Assembly: GCA_001643675.2 (NCBI GenBank)
Contig: LSRY02000049.1
Coordinates: 626,790-690,789, forward strand
Reading direction: 5' to 3'
Source: Monocercomonoides exilis PA203
Lineage: Eukaryota; Protista; Preaxostyla
DNA: 64,000 nucleotides
Shown here: positions 1 to 12,394 of the stretch, piece by piece
Layout: every line of letters starts with the position of its first letter
Position numbering within the stretch: the stretch's first letter is position 1
Made by a program: the position numbers and the translations under genes
Notes under the pieces: model-generated
Database searches by the model: none
The model's input: the letters and a program-made list of their open reading frames with translations, nothing else
Told to the model about the DNA's origin: nothing

Positions 1-429
1 CTTTCGTGAGACTTTGAAGAGATGAGAGCATTTGTCGCTTCTCTTTATTCAAAGAATCATCTTGAATTGCAGGTTTCGAAGTTCGCTAATAGAAATGTAT
101 TGTGTTCAAAAAACATATATATATTACATGTGATAAAAAGAAAAATATAGAAAACCCGTGTCGATGTTGAATGCATCTTTCAGATTTGAAATAAAAAAGG
201 CGATCTAACGATCAATTAAAGTTTAAATTATATATAATTCTATTGATCACAAAAATTTAAAAATTCATTTGAAAGAAAATAAAAATGATGAACAGCAATA
301 CAACATTAAATCTCACAGGAAATTAATAGGAAACATTTAAATTAGCAATATTTTGTTTTTTCACGTGAATAATTTGGAAAAAGAAAACTTGAAATTCGAG
401 AAGAGCAAATGAATAACTGAAGATTACTT

Positions 430-2940
430 CTACAATGCAAATGGATTTGAATTCTTGGATTCTTTGATTTGGCTCATATGTCCAATGCGCAATGACGTAT
501 TTTTATGTTTTTTCCTTTTTTTGTGTAGCTTATCATTGTTGTTATTTGCGCTGCTTTCAAAAAATGACTGAAAAGATGGCTTTGAAAATGAACGTCTCCT
601 TTTAAAAAATTTTAATTTTTGTGCTGCCTTCAAAGAAGAACAGTGCAATTGAGCCAATAAGAAATTCGGATCAAACGCAAACGGAGTAACAATAATTTGG
701 CTTTCCTTTTGATGGGCAAAGCTTGGCACAGCAGGCAAAATTGCATTTGACTCGCTTTGTGGAGGAGTTGGAAGAAGAACTTTTGGTCGATTTGTAGCGA
801 CTGTTGGAGGCTTGTCATCTGGTTGCAAGATAAACTCCACAGGCATAAGGGTGTCTCTAAAAGAAAAATCAGCTGATGAAGATGAAGATGAAGATGGAGA
901 TGACAATGGTATGGTTTGTCTTCTGAAGAGTGAGAAATATTTTGAGAACTGAGAAAATTTTGGTTGTTCTTTCACATTTCCTTTTGAAAAAACCACACAC
1001 GGATATGTTTCTAATCCAAAGGATAGATTCTTGAAATGTAAATCAGACTTTAATTTGTTGTGTTCTGAGTATAAATTCGCTCGACTTTCTTCTCCCGCTT
1101 TGCCAATGTGACTTGGAAGTCTGCAATCAGTTGCATGTAAATGATTGTGAATGGGATGAGGAAACATTTTAAATTGATTCGATTGCATTGAATTTCTCTT
1201 CTCTTGTTCACCTTTCGCTGAATCATCTGATGCCAACAAATTAATTTCTTGTTGTCCAACTGAATTTTCAGATAGTCTCTTTTCTTGAGAAATCATATCA
1301 GAGAAAGATTGATGTTTCAAATTATCACAGTTCTGTTGGCTTATGTTAATCATGTTATCCTCAGCTTCTTTTATAGATTTACCATATTCTTGCTGAACAT
1401 ATGAGCTATCAAAAGTGTTTGAATTCTCCAAAGCATCTCGTTTTGACTGTAAATCTGACTCTTGTGCCAGATGTGCCAAATCAGAAAGAGATTGCTCTGA
1501 AATTGCTGCCAATGGAACTTCATTAAGAGGATATGTTTCGATCAAATCAAAATTCACCGCGTTTTCATTCAAAGATAAATATCCGGTGCTTTCACTTTGG
1601 TCAAACAGTTCCTTTGGTGCTGCCTCTTTCTTAGGCGAGCGCAGCATTGCACTAAAGTCAAGATAGGTCGGATCGCCTCGCTTCTTCCGCTCTTTTTGCT
1701 TCCATTTCGTGTATTCAATCAAATATCGGTCCAGATGCGTCAGCTGCCCGCGCTGAGCCTGCTTTTCGAGCTTCTTTTCTTTCCTCGCTATTTCCGTCAC
1801 AAGCTCGCCCCTCTCTTTTTCTGTCATTTCTTTGTCTTCGGCGTCTCTCAAGAGGCTCTTCAGCTCCTCAATCGTGAAATGACCCCACTTGCTGTGCCCT
1901 GCACCGTCCTCCTCTTTCGCCTTCTCACACATCATTTTGTACTCTGCTTTGTCCCACAGCTCTTTTTCCTCATCATCTGTGATCCAGTCTTTTCTGACCC
2001 ATTCGCCATACACTCTGAAATGCCTTTTGGCATCTTCCAATTCCCTTTTGACAATCAGCAATTTTGCCTTCTTGTCTTTTTCTAGTTGACTCATCTTCAA
2101 CAAATTGTGTCGTTCTAATTCTGAATCTGCTTCTATTTCAGACAAAATATAAGGAGCTGTTGTATTAGTAGTAGAAGAAAAAGCAGAGTTTGCATATTTT
2201 TGACTGTATTCCCCTGTCTTTGATGAAAGCTCCAGATCTTTCCATTCTCGAATCATTTTTTCCTTCTCGTACTCAGCCATTTCAGATTTCCGCTGGCCAT
2301 CAATCTCCATGTCGATGTCGTGGCACATCTCTTTTTTCTTTGATAGAACAGGATGCCATTCAAGAAGTGCGCCTTCTGCATCATCAGCTTCTTCTTCTTT
2401 GACTTTTTCTATTTCTTGTTGTTGAATTATATTATCTGAGCTAATTAATATTGCTGGTTGGCTCTTTTTAGTGTTTAAAGGAAGAGGATGATTTACCGAT
2501 ATGTTAACTTCAGTCATAGTCGCATTTGGTTTCAAAGTTGTGTTTTCTGATTTATGATGTCTTAGGATACAAAGAGAGCGAAGCTCAGCAAAAAGGTCTG
2601 GAGCAGTCAATAAATATACAGGACGATCTGCATCTTCAATGACAATTTTTGATTTTTGTTTTGCGACTTTTGTTTTATCACTATAAATTTCTGGGTTGTT
2701 TTCAGAAAAATGTTTTTCTTCTTTTAGGAACGGAACTGAGAAATCTTGTTTTTTCAAAGATGACTCTTGTTGTTTCTTCTGGTCCGTTTCTGTTATTTTC
2801 TTATGAAAAATACTATTTCTTGCTGTGTTATTCAATGAAGAACAAGACATCAAACGAAAAGAAGAAGAATTTGAAGATGATGAAGACAAAGAAGAAGAAA
2901 AATATGGACGATAAGAAGAATATTTTATTCTCGACATCAT
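430..2940 (-). CDS. Hypothetical protein, paralogue 1 of a 3-gene tandem family (charged coiled-coil core with EDAKRHFRVYGEWVRKDWI motif)
   Basis: 836-aa ORF; the frame stays open upstream to ~3110, where there is a candidate AG acceptor, so a 5' exon is possible; core motif shared with the next two ORFs. Confidence 0.75.
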   Translation of the reverse strand: MMSRIKYSSYRPYFSSSLSSSSSNSSSFRLMSCSSLNNTARNSIFHKKITETDQKKQQESSLKKQDFSVPFLKEEKHFSENNPEIYSDKTKVAKQKSKIVIEDADRPVYLLTAPDLFAELRSLCILRHHKSENTTLKPNATMTEVNISVNHPLPLNTKKSQPAILISSDNIIQQQEIEKVKEEEADDAEGALLEWHPVLSKKKEMCHDIDMEIDGQRKSEMAEYEKEKMIREWKDLELSSKTGEYSQKYANSAFSSTTNTTAPYILSEIEADSELERHNLLKMSQLEKDKKAKLLIVKRELEDAKRHFRVYGEWVRKDWITDDEEKELWDKAEYKMMCEKAKEEDGAGHSKWGHFTIEELKSLLRDAEDKEMTEKERGELVTEIARKEKKLEKQAQRGQLTHLDRYLIEYTKWKQKERKKRGDPTYLDFSAMLRSPKKEAAPKELFDQSESTGYLSLNENAVNFDLIETYPLNEVPLAAISEQSLSDLAHLAQESDLQSKRDALENSNTFDSSYVQQEYGKSIKEAEDNMINISQQNCDNLKHQSFSDMISQEKRLSENSVGQQEINLLASDDSAKGEQEKRNSMQSNQFKMFPHPIHNHLHATDCRLPSHIGKAGEESRANLYSEHNKLKSDLHFKNLSFGLETYPCVVFSKGNVKEQPKFSQFSKYFSLFRRQTIPLSSPSSSSSSSADFSFRDTLMPVEFILQPDDKPPTVATNRPKVLLPTPPQSESNAILPAVPSFAHQKESQIIVTPFAFDPNFLLAQLHCSSLKAAQKLKFFKRRRSFSKPSFQSFFESSANNNNDKLHKKRKKHKNTSLRIGHMSQIKESKNSNPFAL

Positions 2941-3792
2941 GGAAGAAATATGTGCGCTTTCATGTAATGGTTGAGCAACCCCACATTGAAAAAGTGAAGT
3001 TGTATTTCCTTGGCTTGTTATTCTGGAACGAATATCAAGAAAAGGAGTTGAAGAAATGTTTTCAGTTGATGCTTTTGTTCCTAAATTTTCATCTTCCGTT
3101 GAAATTCTCTGTATAATTTTTATAATATTGATTCAAATTATTAAATAACAAAACGAGAAAATAGAAAATATGAATAACTGTAACAAAGTTGTCAAAAGCA
3201 AAAAAATACACTAAAATTTTCGATGCTCTTCATCTAAAAATTATTATATACATTAACATACATCCAATGGCCATGAGTCTTTTCTCATAAACAAATATTA
3301 TCAATAAGATTGTTCCATAAACAAAATTGTGGGCTATTCTTGTGAAAAATGAAAAGTTGAAAAGAGAGTAACTTTTGTTGTTGTAGCATTGATTTCGCGA
3401 ATAATCAAAATGAAAATAAAAAATAATGAGTCAGATCATTTGAATTTAATGATCTTGAAAAAGCGAGTGAACAGAGAATGGAATCGGAATTAAATCAAAC
3501 AGATTTGCAATGATTCTATTTCTAAACCATTCGCAAGAATAATGATTTTGTTTCAATGAACAGCTTATATTCATACAAATATAAGTTGAAACAAATTGTT
3601 CTTTTCGGGGCATTTTTGCTGAAAAATGATAATTTTTCTTTGATATAGCAAAATGTTGTATATAGAACATACATAAATTAAAAATCAATATATCTGTATC
3701 TTTGTTGAATCGAAAAATGTTCTCATTGTTTAAAATAAAAGATTTTTTAAAATTAATAATAGTCAGAAATAGTGCATCCAATTATAGTTTCT

Positions 3793-6429
3793 TCATTCTA
3801 AATCTTGGGCATTTTGTTTGTCTTGACCAAAAAGAAGGGTTTGAACAGTATACTTTGAGCAAAATTCCGCCTCCAGTTTATGTTCTTGTAAAAACATCTC
3901 AGCAAGTTGCTCTCTTGACAAATTTTCGAAATGCCTTTTTTTCATAAAATACCAACTTTTCCATTGCTTCTTGAGGCTTTTGCTGGGTTCATCAAAACTC
4001 CATAGAAATTTTTTTTGTAAATGAGTTTTAGCAAAGATCCGTTTAAAAATCAACATTCTTAAGCTTTTGTACCTTTTTTGGGTTTCCTTTCGATGAGCGA
4101 GAGTAAAATTACTATATCTGCGAGATGAAAGCTGCAAACTGAAAAACAAAGGCACTATTGTCGCTTGAGGCAATTCATCGAAATTAGGAATAAAAGAAGA
4201 ATCGCAAATGATTTCTTCATTTGGAAAATCGTAAGTCTTTGAATCGTAATATATTTTATCACAAATTTGCTTACAATTTTCGTTGTAATTTACCGTATGC
4301 AAATTGAATGCTCCTTTTTTCACTTCGCCAAGAAATGATTGCTTCATTGAAAATGAAGAGCGCGAAAGAGAAGATGAACAATGAGAAGCAATGAGCGAGT
4401 TAATCGAATTTGAATTTGTTTGAAAACGGAATAATTGAGTAGACAGCTGTTGTTGCACAGACGGAGTTAGAAAGTGCGGCAAGGCAGGAATTGTTCCGTG
4501 ATAAGATGGAACATTCACATATTCAATTCTGTTGTGCATGTGCTCGTTTTCTTGGAGTTGCAGAACATCAACTGCAGTTATAGAACTTGAGCACGCACCA
4601 ATTCCATCAAAATATAAATTGACATCTTCACCTTTGCTGTTGTTCGTATATTTTTGTTGGTAAATATTCTTTCTCGTTTCTTTTTTCATCCAATCTCCTT
4701 CATCCCTTTCATCATCAAAATCTTCTTCTTCTTCTTTGTATTCATTTTTTTGTTCCGATATTTGTTCAAAGCAATTTATTTTCTTTAGCCTACTGCTTTT
4801 TCTCATTTCCTTTTTTGCTGTTTTTTCCTCTTCTTTCTGCAGAGTTTCCAAGAATCGGAACACATTTGAAGTTTTTAATTGCTTCTCCTGCATCGCCAGC
4901 AGCTTCTCTTTCCTTTCAATCTTCACCCGAAGTGCTTCATCACTGTCTCTATCCGCACAGTCTTCCATTCCTCTTAGCTCTTCCAGCCTCTGCTTCAGCT
5001 CTTCAAGTGTCTCGCTCTCCGCTGTTGAGTCAATATCTGCCTCTTCTCTCCTTTTTTCTTTCAAAAGAATTTTCTTCTCTGCTTCTTCCCACATTTCCTC
5101 TTCAACTGCATCGATTGCTGCACTGTTTCTGACCCACACTCCGAACACTCTGAAATGCCTTTTGGCTTCTGCAATCTCCTCTTTCACTTCCTGTATCTGT
5201 CTCTTTCTTGCTCTTTCTTCCGCTTTTCTATTTTCTTCACCCATTTCTTCTTCTTCTTCTCCTCCTCCTCCTCCTTCTTCTTCTTCTTCTTCTTCTTCTC
5301 CCCCTTCTCTCCCTTCTTTTCCTTTCATTTCATCTCCTTTCCTTTCATTTGAATCGCTTTGAGTAAACTCTTCCAAACGTATACGACGTTCAATCGCCTT
5401 TCTTTCCCATTTTTCTGTCATCTCATTTCTTATCTTTTTTTCGAGTTTTCCATTCTGCGCTTGGTTGCTTCCCCAATCACGTTCTGTTCTATCTTCAACT
5501 TCGTTGATCATAGGAAACGAAAGAATTGCCTCGCAATCATCGCCAATATGAGACATCGAACTCAATGCAGACGACATATCCAATGACTGGCTATCGCAAT
5601 TAGTTCCTTGAGGTCTCTTGCCAACATTCAAACTCGCATGTGAATAATCATTGAAACCTGTGACTTCATTTGCGTCTTTAGCCATTTTACCAAGCTTGCT
5701 GATAACATCATTTTGCGTTTCCTTGCTTTTTCTATTCTGAGAAAGCTGCAAAATTGCGTCTGAAATATATTTTTCTGTGGAATTCAACTGTTCTTGTGTG
5801 TATTTCAAGAGCATATCCCGTTTCTTCTCATTTATTGAAAAGGGATTTTTTTGGATGTGTGTCGGACTAATCACATTTTCCATCTCCGTTGAATTCTCAG
5901 TTTTCTGATTTGATTCAAATTTGAGTTGTGCTTTCCGTTGTTCAACATCTTGATGCATTTTGTCCAATTTATACTTGCTCTGAAATTTGATTGAAGCTTG
6001 TGGTGTATCCGTTCCGGCAATCATCACTTTCTCTATTCCAAAATTGTCTGTGCACTCTTCAGCTATCGCTTCTCTTCTTAAACATTCTATTCTTTTTGGA
6101 GAAGAAGGTCTGTCCAGAGTCTTTGAATTTCTTATGTTTGTATAAATTGGTTGCAAAGGGATATTTGAATATGAAGATTGTTGAAGCTCTCTGACTTCAC
6201 TACAGCAGGATTGAGTATCATCTGGCGAAGTTGATATTTTTCCAAGTTCGCTTTCATCTATTCCTTTCCATGTTTGCCGTCTCGTCTTCGTTTGAAAAAA
6301 ATATCTGTCCTTGGCTGTTTCATCCACGTTCTTTTGATATTCACGTGAAATTGATCTTTCATTAGTATTTCCCAACTGGAGGACAAATGGATAAGACGAA
6401 TGATTTGACAGCATTGATTGTTCAAACAT
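3793..6429 (-). CDS. Hypothetical protein, paralogue 2 (AEAKRHFRVFGVWVRNSAAIDAVEEEMW motif; poly-E/G tract)
   Basis: 878-aa ORF; shares the protein motif and the DNA string acactctgaaatgccttttggc (~2010 and ~5145) with paralogue 1. Confidence 0.75.
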   Translation of the reverse strand: MFEQSMLSNHSSYPFVLQLGNTNERSISREYQKNVDETAKDRYFFQTKTRRQTWKGIDESELGKISTSPDDTQSCCSEVRELQQSSYSNIPLQPIYTNIRNSKTLDRPSSPKRIECLRREAIAEECTDNFGIEKVMIAGTDTPQASIKFQSKYKLDKMHQDVEQRKAQLKFESNQKTENSTEMENVISPTHIQKNPFSINEKKRDMLLKYTQEQLNSTEKYISDAILQLSQNRKSKETQNDVISKLGKMAKDANEVTGFNDYSHASLNVGKRPQGTNCDSQSLDMSSALSSMSHIGDDCEAILSFPMINEVEDRTERDWGSNQAQNGKLEKKIRNEMTEKWERKAIERRIRLEEFTQSDSNERKGDEMKGKEGREGGEEEEEEEEGGGGGEEEEEMGEENRKAEERARKRQIQEVKEEIAEAKRHFRVFGVWVRNSAAIDAVEEEMWEEAEKKILLKEKRREEADIDSTAESETLEELKQRLEELRGMEDCADRDSDEALRVKIERKEKLLAMQEKQLKTSNVFRFLETLQKEEEKTAKKEMRKSSRLKKINCFEQISEQKNEYKEEEEDFDDERDEGDWMKKETRKNIYQQKYTNNSKGEDVNLYFDGIGACSSSITAVDVLQLQENEHMHNRIEYVNVPSYHGTIPALPHFLTPSVQQQLSTQLFRFQTNSNSINSLIASHCSSSLSRSSFSMKQSFLGEVKKGAFNLHTVNYNENCKQICDKIYYDSKTYDFPNEEIICDSSFIPNFDELPQATIVPLFFSLQLSSRRYSNFTLAHRKETQKRYKSLRMLIFKRIFAKTHLQKKFLWSFDEPSKSLKKQWKSWYFMKKRHFENLSREQLAEMFLQEHKLEAEFCSKYTVQTLLFGQDKQNAQDLE

Positions 6430-7239
6430 TTGTCGTCTTGAGCTCCAATAGGAAGATGAATCATTACTGGTCGATGCTAATTTTATTTTTGATGGAAAGA
6501 ATCCAAAAGTTTGTTCTTCTATTATTCAAGATATAGAATAATCATCAAAATAAACAAATAAATATTTAAAAGTCAAACTGGATCCAGATGGTAATGTAAT
6601 GCAGCTATCTTCTTCAATTTTTTTGTGAACTTGATATTTTAAATTATCTTTGAATGTGAAATAAAAAAAGTTTAACAGGATCAAATTATTCTTCAAAAAT
6701 ACCTTCATCTCCATGCAATGATTGATCCCTATTATAAGTGTTTTTCGTTTCAAAATCAGTGACTACGGATATTTGGCAATTAGCAGAATATTCCTTGAAA
6801 AAATTGCCAAATCCAAAAAACCCAAATGAAAAGGAAAAAATCAATATAACTCAAAATATATGCTGGCTTCTATAAATGCAAACATTTGCGAACATGCATC
6901 AACAAATATGTTTTGTATTTCTCAAAATAAAAAGGAATTGTATGCAAAATAATAAAATTATAGAAATCGATCAAAATATGTTCGAATGAAGCAGTTTAAC
7001 AAAAGCTTTTTCCAATACATATATCAATGACAATCAAATAGTTAGGAAAAAACTCAAAAATCACTGCAAATAAAATCATACAAAATGAATAGTGTTAATT
7101 GAAAATCAAAAAATATTCGAACTCTCGAAAGATTTATAAAATTAATTTCTTGAATGAAGTCGAGTAAAAACTTCTAATGCATACGTATAATATTGTTGTA
7201 AATGACAGGAGTTTTAAAGTTTATTTAGTTGATAAATAA

Positions 7240-9807
7240 TCAGGTTAACAAGCGAATAACATCGGAAAATGATTTAAAGTTCAGATCAGTAAAAGAAGGA
7301 TCCAAAGCAACAGAAGATAAACACTTAATTGGAACTACCATAGGAGGATTGTTTCTCATTGACACAATCAATTCTTTCTCTTCTTTTTGAATAATTTTAG
7401 GATCAATTCCTCTTTTAAACAACTTCTTTTCAAGTTTCTGCAAATGCAATGAAAAAATAAAGCGAGGAAGCATCTCTCTTTCATCTTTAACAGTCAATGC
7501 AACATTCCATTTTGCATATTTCTTCCTTTTTTCTGAGTCAATAACAAAATAAGGATGCGTCTCGTCTCCTGTGTTTGAAATAACAGTGAATGGATTTGAA
7601 ATTGTAATTGAAAGTGATGTTGGATTATTGAACTTTGAAGCAAACCCATCTGATGTTCCAATGATTCCTGTAGAATTTTGAGAAGAAAGATGCTTGTCTT
7701 TGTTCAAAAACTGATTTGCCAAATGGACATTTTGAATGGAACTTTTGGATAACTGAAATGGTATTTCAGGATTTAAGATAGATTTGGTATTTAAACTGCA
7801 AGATGTAAATATGTTCTTTGAAATTGGTTGTACTTGCAGAGAATTCAAACTCTCTGGTAAATGTTGCTCGTTTGGTTCGTCATCATGCGATTTCGTTTGA
7901 AACGCTTCTTTTATTGATAATGGTTTACCATTTTCTTCTTTTTGTGGTAAAATTCCTTTTAAAAGTGATAAAGTGGAGGTTGTTTCATTGTGAGTCTTCT
8001 CAGAAAGTGAATTTTGAAGCGAAATTTGCTTTCCATTATTCGAATGCTCTTGTAAATATTGTTCGCTTAATAAGGATTTCAATTTATCCAAAGGATCATA
8101 TAATGTTTCTGAAGATTGTGATAATATCCCTTCTGACCGAATTGTTCCAGATTGTCTTGTATCTCCACCTATCTCAGAATGACTAAGTGTATTGTTCTTT
8201 CTTGTTTTGATCTCTTCATTGATCTCATCACAGGATGGACACCGAAGTGCTTCTTGTCTGGACTTCTTCAAAACGATTCTGTAAAATCTGTCCATATCAC
8301 TTTCCTGCCTGCGTCGCTCTTCTTTCTCTCTTTGTTTCAATTTCTTTTTGAGCACCTTTGCCAGTCTCGCTTTTTCGTATTCATTTAGCTCAGATGTCTC
8401 TTCTCCTTTGAGGCGATTTTGCAACTCTTCAAATGTAGCTTCGGCATCGGCCTCGTTTCTTTCGCGTTTCAGCTCCTCTACCATTTCTGCGTCTGCCCAC
8501 ATTTGTTTCTCTTCTTCACTTTCAATCCAGTCTTTCCGTGGCCAGACTCTAAAAAGTTTCCAATGCTGTTTTGCTTCTTTGATTTGCGACTTTATGAGCT
8601 CTTTCTTCTGTTTCGCTAATCCATTCCAGGATGATGTATTTTCTCCTTCACAAACAAACGCAGAACTTTTCTGCACGTCAGCAAGTTCCAGATCAGCCTT
8701 CTTCCATCGCTTCAGCAGTCCAATCAGCTCGGTTTCTCCTAACATCGAACGGCGCTCTCCATTGTGGTTCCACTCCAAGTCAAGACACAGCTTCCGTTGC
8801 TGTTGGGTTTCAAGAATTCCCTCTTTCATCAGTAGCTCTAAAGAGAGCGATGAACTAGTGTTTGAAAGAGATTGAGATGAAGAATCTTTTGTTGAGCTTG
8901 AACCAATTGAAGAACATTCATCATTGGCTGTAGTATTATTCTCAAAAGGATATGGCGAAGAATGAAGTAATGCCTCAGAGACAGATGACACTTTATCAAC
9001 TTGGTTCGCTAAATTTATGGATGGAATTTTGTGTTTTGATAATTTTGAACAAGATTGAAAAGTTGAAGTCAATGGTTCAGAATTATAAGAACGAGTGGCA
9101 GCTGTTCCTGAAATCGAAGTGCCATTTTCTTTTTGTCTTTCGGAGTTTGTGTGCATCGTATTTTGTTCTCTAACGCTTTTGTTGCGGTTTTTAATACATT
9201 TGTTTTCGATCTCTGAGAAAAATGATGTACGAGTAATAATTTGATCTGGATCAGTTTCTTCTGAACAAAATTGATGTTCATATGCTTCCTGAAATCCATT
9301 TGAACGTACTTGCTCGTTTTCGTTTTCATCGTGTTGTTTGATAAGTTCCTTATGTTTTTGTTGAACCTGTTTTTCAAATGAACAAATATCGTCAGATGAA
9401 GAACTTAAGATGTTTTTTTGATTGCACTTAGAACTGAAATTTTGTATGCACGTAGTTATGTGCTTCAACGGATTTAGTGTATGTAATTTTTGCTCAGTTG
9501 CGCGACTAAATGAATTTTGCTCTCCTCTTTTTCCAAGTTCAACTAAAAATGAAGGATCTTTAACAAAATATTTTGATTGTGAAAAATCTTCTTTCTTTAA
9601 GATAATGTTCGGAAAATATTCTTCTTGTGTTTCCAAATGTTGCAAATTTGATGGATGATGATTTGAAATCGAAGTTTGAATTTTAAATGGAAATGATGAT
9701 TTCGATGCAGTGAACTGATAGGACGTTGAATCAGTAGCAGGAGAATTAGACGCAGAAGCTTCTAAATCGCATGCAAATATTTCATTTGGTTTATCAGAAA
9801 GACTCAT
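7240..9807 (-). CDS. Hypothetical protein, paralogue 3 (EAKQHWKLFRVWPRKDWIESEEEKQMW motif)
   Basis: 855-aa ORF with similar length, orientation and core motif to the two preceding ORFs. Confidence 0.75.
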   Translation of the reverse strand: MSLSDKPNEIFACDLEASASNSPATDSTSYQFTASKSSFPFKIQTSISNHHPSNLQHLETQEEYFPNIILKKEDFSQSKYFVKDPSFLVELGKRGEQNSFSRATEQKLHTLNPLKHITTCIQNFSSKCNQKNILSSSSDDICSFEKQVQQKHKELIKQHDENENEQVRSNGFQEAYEHQFCSEETDPDQIITRTSFFSEIENKCIKNRNKSVREQNTMHTNSERQKENGTSISGTAATRSYNSEPLTSTFQSCSKLSKHKIPSINLANQVDKVSSVSEALLHSSPYPFENNTTANDECSSIGSSSTKDSSSQSLSNTSSSLSLELLMKEGILETQQQRKLCLDLEWNHNGERRSMLGETELIGLLKRWKKADLELADVQKSSAFVCEGENTSSWNGLAKQKKELIKSQIKEAKQHWKLFRVWPRKDWIESEEEKQMWADAEMVEELKRERNEADAEATFEELQNRLKGEETSELNEYEKARLAKVLKKKLKQREKEERRRQESDMDRFYRIVLKKSRQEALRCPSCDEINEEIKTRKNNTLSHSEIGGDTRQSGTIRSEGILSQSSETLYDPLDKLKSLLSEQYLQEHSNNGKQISLQNSLSEKTHNETTSTLSLLKGILPQKEENGKPLSIKEAFQTKSHDDEPNEQHLPESLNSLQVQPISKNIFTSCSLNTKSILNPEIPFQLSKSSIQNVHLANQFLNKDKHLSSQNSTGIIGTSDGFASKFNNPTSLSITISNPFTVISNTGDETHPYFVIDSEKRKKYAKWNVALTVKDEREMLPRFIFSLHLQKLEKKLFKRGIDPKIIQKEEKELIVSMRNNPPMVVPIKCLSSVALDPSFTDLNFKSFSDVIRLLT

Positions 9808-10416
9808 TAATATTGCAACTGTTTTTTAAAAAAAATTAAAAGTCCAATGATGATAAACTTTTCACCATATACCACTCCAAGAAAATGTTAATATAATAAT
9901 ATATTGTAATTACTTTTACAGATAATGTTAAAAATTTTTTTTATTATTTAATTCTGCTGTTTATTAGAAAATATTAATTGATCAATAAGCCGTAATTAAA
10001 ATATGTTTTTCGAAGTATTTTTTTGCTCAAAAAATGCTTTAATCTGATGTTGAAAATACATAAATTGTAGCTTGATAACGAGGAAATTTATTCTTTCAAA
10101 AGGCGATCATAAACATGAGTTCATTTTGCAATTTTCAACGTTTTTTATTTCATTTGGATCTTTTATATTTAGAAAAAAAAAATTTCTTTATCTCACTTGA
10201 AATTTTCAGTTGCATTTTTTTATCAAAATTTTGTTCCCTATTCCGAAAGTTGACAAAAAAGGAAAATTGCAAGAAATAAAAACATTGCAATACAGTTGTT
10301 TTCATTCTTTGATATTTTGTGAATCTGAACAGAAAGTTCTATTTATAAGGTTTCATTTATTATATCCTGAAAGTTTTCAAAAGTGTTTTTTTGTAAACAT
10401 AAGTTGAAATCCAATA

Positions 10417-10465
10417 AAGTCATGGATATATCCCGGGAAAGGGACAAAACCCGGGAAAGTCTAAT
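10417..10465 (+). repeat. Left arm of a 49-bp inverted repeat (candidate TIR of the pogo-like element)
   Basis: aagtcatggatatatcccgggaaagggacaaaacccgggaaagtctaat matches the reverse complement of 31120-31168 at 44/49; contains an 18-bp-period internal repeat with CCCGGG cores; preceded by TA. Confidence 0.85.
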
Positions 10466-12394
10466 GAAAAACTCAAAAAAGAAAAAGTGAGTTGAAGAAT
10501 TTGATTTTGAAAAAATCGAACATCTTCCTTTTGTACTTCTATTGTGCATTGTTTAACTTTTTTTGAAATGATGAGATTATTGAATTAATTCAATAAAATG
10601 AATGGATCACAAAGCCATTATGTTCACTTTTTTTTCAATATGGGTAATTCTTTTTGAAAAGTCACAAAAAGGTTTAATTTTCAAATAAATCGAAATTTTC
10701 ATATTTTGATCAAATTTCTGTTTCAGCTCACAAATCTCCCCAAGAATGTTTGAAATGGCATTATCCAATAATGGATTCCATATTTGGAAAGTTTGGTGCA
10801 TGTTAACCAAATTTTTATGAAATATGAAATTTTTGATTTATTGAAAAATAAAACATTTGTGACTTTTCATAAAGAATTACACATATGTCTTCTTTTGCTT
10901 CGTCTTCAGAACTTTCAAAGGTTTTTACGACTGCAGAATTTATAAGATTAAACTCAAAAGGTGAAAAAATAAATTATCTTCTTTCAAGAAAAGAGATTAC
11001 ACACAAAAGCATTATTTCATCTGGCTTCGTTTCTTCTTCACCTCTATATCGACATATCTCTTCTTTAAATCAGGGAAGAGACCCCAAACACAATGGCAGA
11101 CCGAATTTGTTCAACTAAGAAGAATAAGAAGAAATAGAAGACTGCTCCAAATCTCATCCACTTTCAACGGATTAAGTTACATTCAAAGATATCAGTTATA
11201 TATTTTTGTTTTTGTTTTGATATTTTTATTAACTTTTTTGATGTTGTTTTTTCAGGCTGAACTCGTCTTGCAGAGAAAAAACCGAAACAAGGATGACAAC
11301 AGCGAATTGACAGAAATAAATGAAAAATGGGCAAGACGGTTCATTAAAAGAAGCAATGCTCTTCAAACGGTAAACCAAAATCCATTGATGTGAAAAGGTT
11401 GTTTACATCTTCAACGGAAAACATTTCAGCGTGGTTTGCATTGCTGGGTGACACTATAAGAACAAACAAAATTTGCGCTGATCTGATATTAAATAAAGCG
11501 AAACAGGCGTTTGTTCATGTAAATCTGTTGACAATTTCGTAATCAAACGATCAGATCAAAAAGATCCAATGTTACACTCCCTACAACATCAGCCCAACGC
11601 AACATTGGTTTTCGGAGTTTTTGCAGATGGATCTTCAATTAATCCAGTGATGATTTGGCCCACAAAAACTGTTCCAAAAGATCTTACAGTTTCAAAATAT
11701 CAACGAATTGAAATTGTTGCTAACGGAAGCGGATGGATAACACAAAAATACTATAAGGAAATCATGCTGAAAAACATTTTTCCCACTGTTAATATTAAAA
11801 GAATTGAACTACATGGATCGGAAGCATCGGTGCTTATTTTTATGGATGGGCATTCATCGAGGCTTTGCTGGCCTGTTATTTCATTGTCTCGTGAGCAGGC
11901 ATAGGTCTATTTTGTACCAGTTTGGAAAGGCTTTTATATATTTTTTTATTAGCATATTATTAATTCTTATAATTATAGAAAACAAACTGCTGATGGAAAA
12001 ACGCGAAATTCTTCCATCAAAAAATTGATATTTTTTCTATTTTTTCTCAACCCATAATTTTTTTGCTGTGATCGCAAAATTAAACAATTCAATTTATTAA
12101 CTTTTCAAAGTTTTTTCATATATTTCGTGTGTGTGATTTTTATAATAATCATTTATATTTATCAAAAGTTTCCTAATGTTGTTAAAAAACCATTGGAATG
12201 TTGCTCTATTCACAAAAATTCTTTTTGAGTGCATTTATTGCTTTCACAAGAATATAAATAGAAATCATGTTGTATATAATTTATATAGCAACATTGTTAT
12301 GAAGATATATGTGTGTTTATTTTAAATAGTTTTTAATTTTCTACTAAACTGTTTTGTATTTGTTATTTTGTTTTTTGATTCAACTGAATAGGAA

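Noticed and set aside
10417-10465. Short repeated CCCGGG units as a CRISPR-like array or prokaryotic operator
   Set aside because: Only two units per arm, no spacers, and the context is eukaryotic
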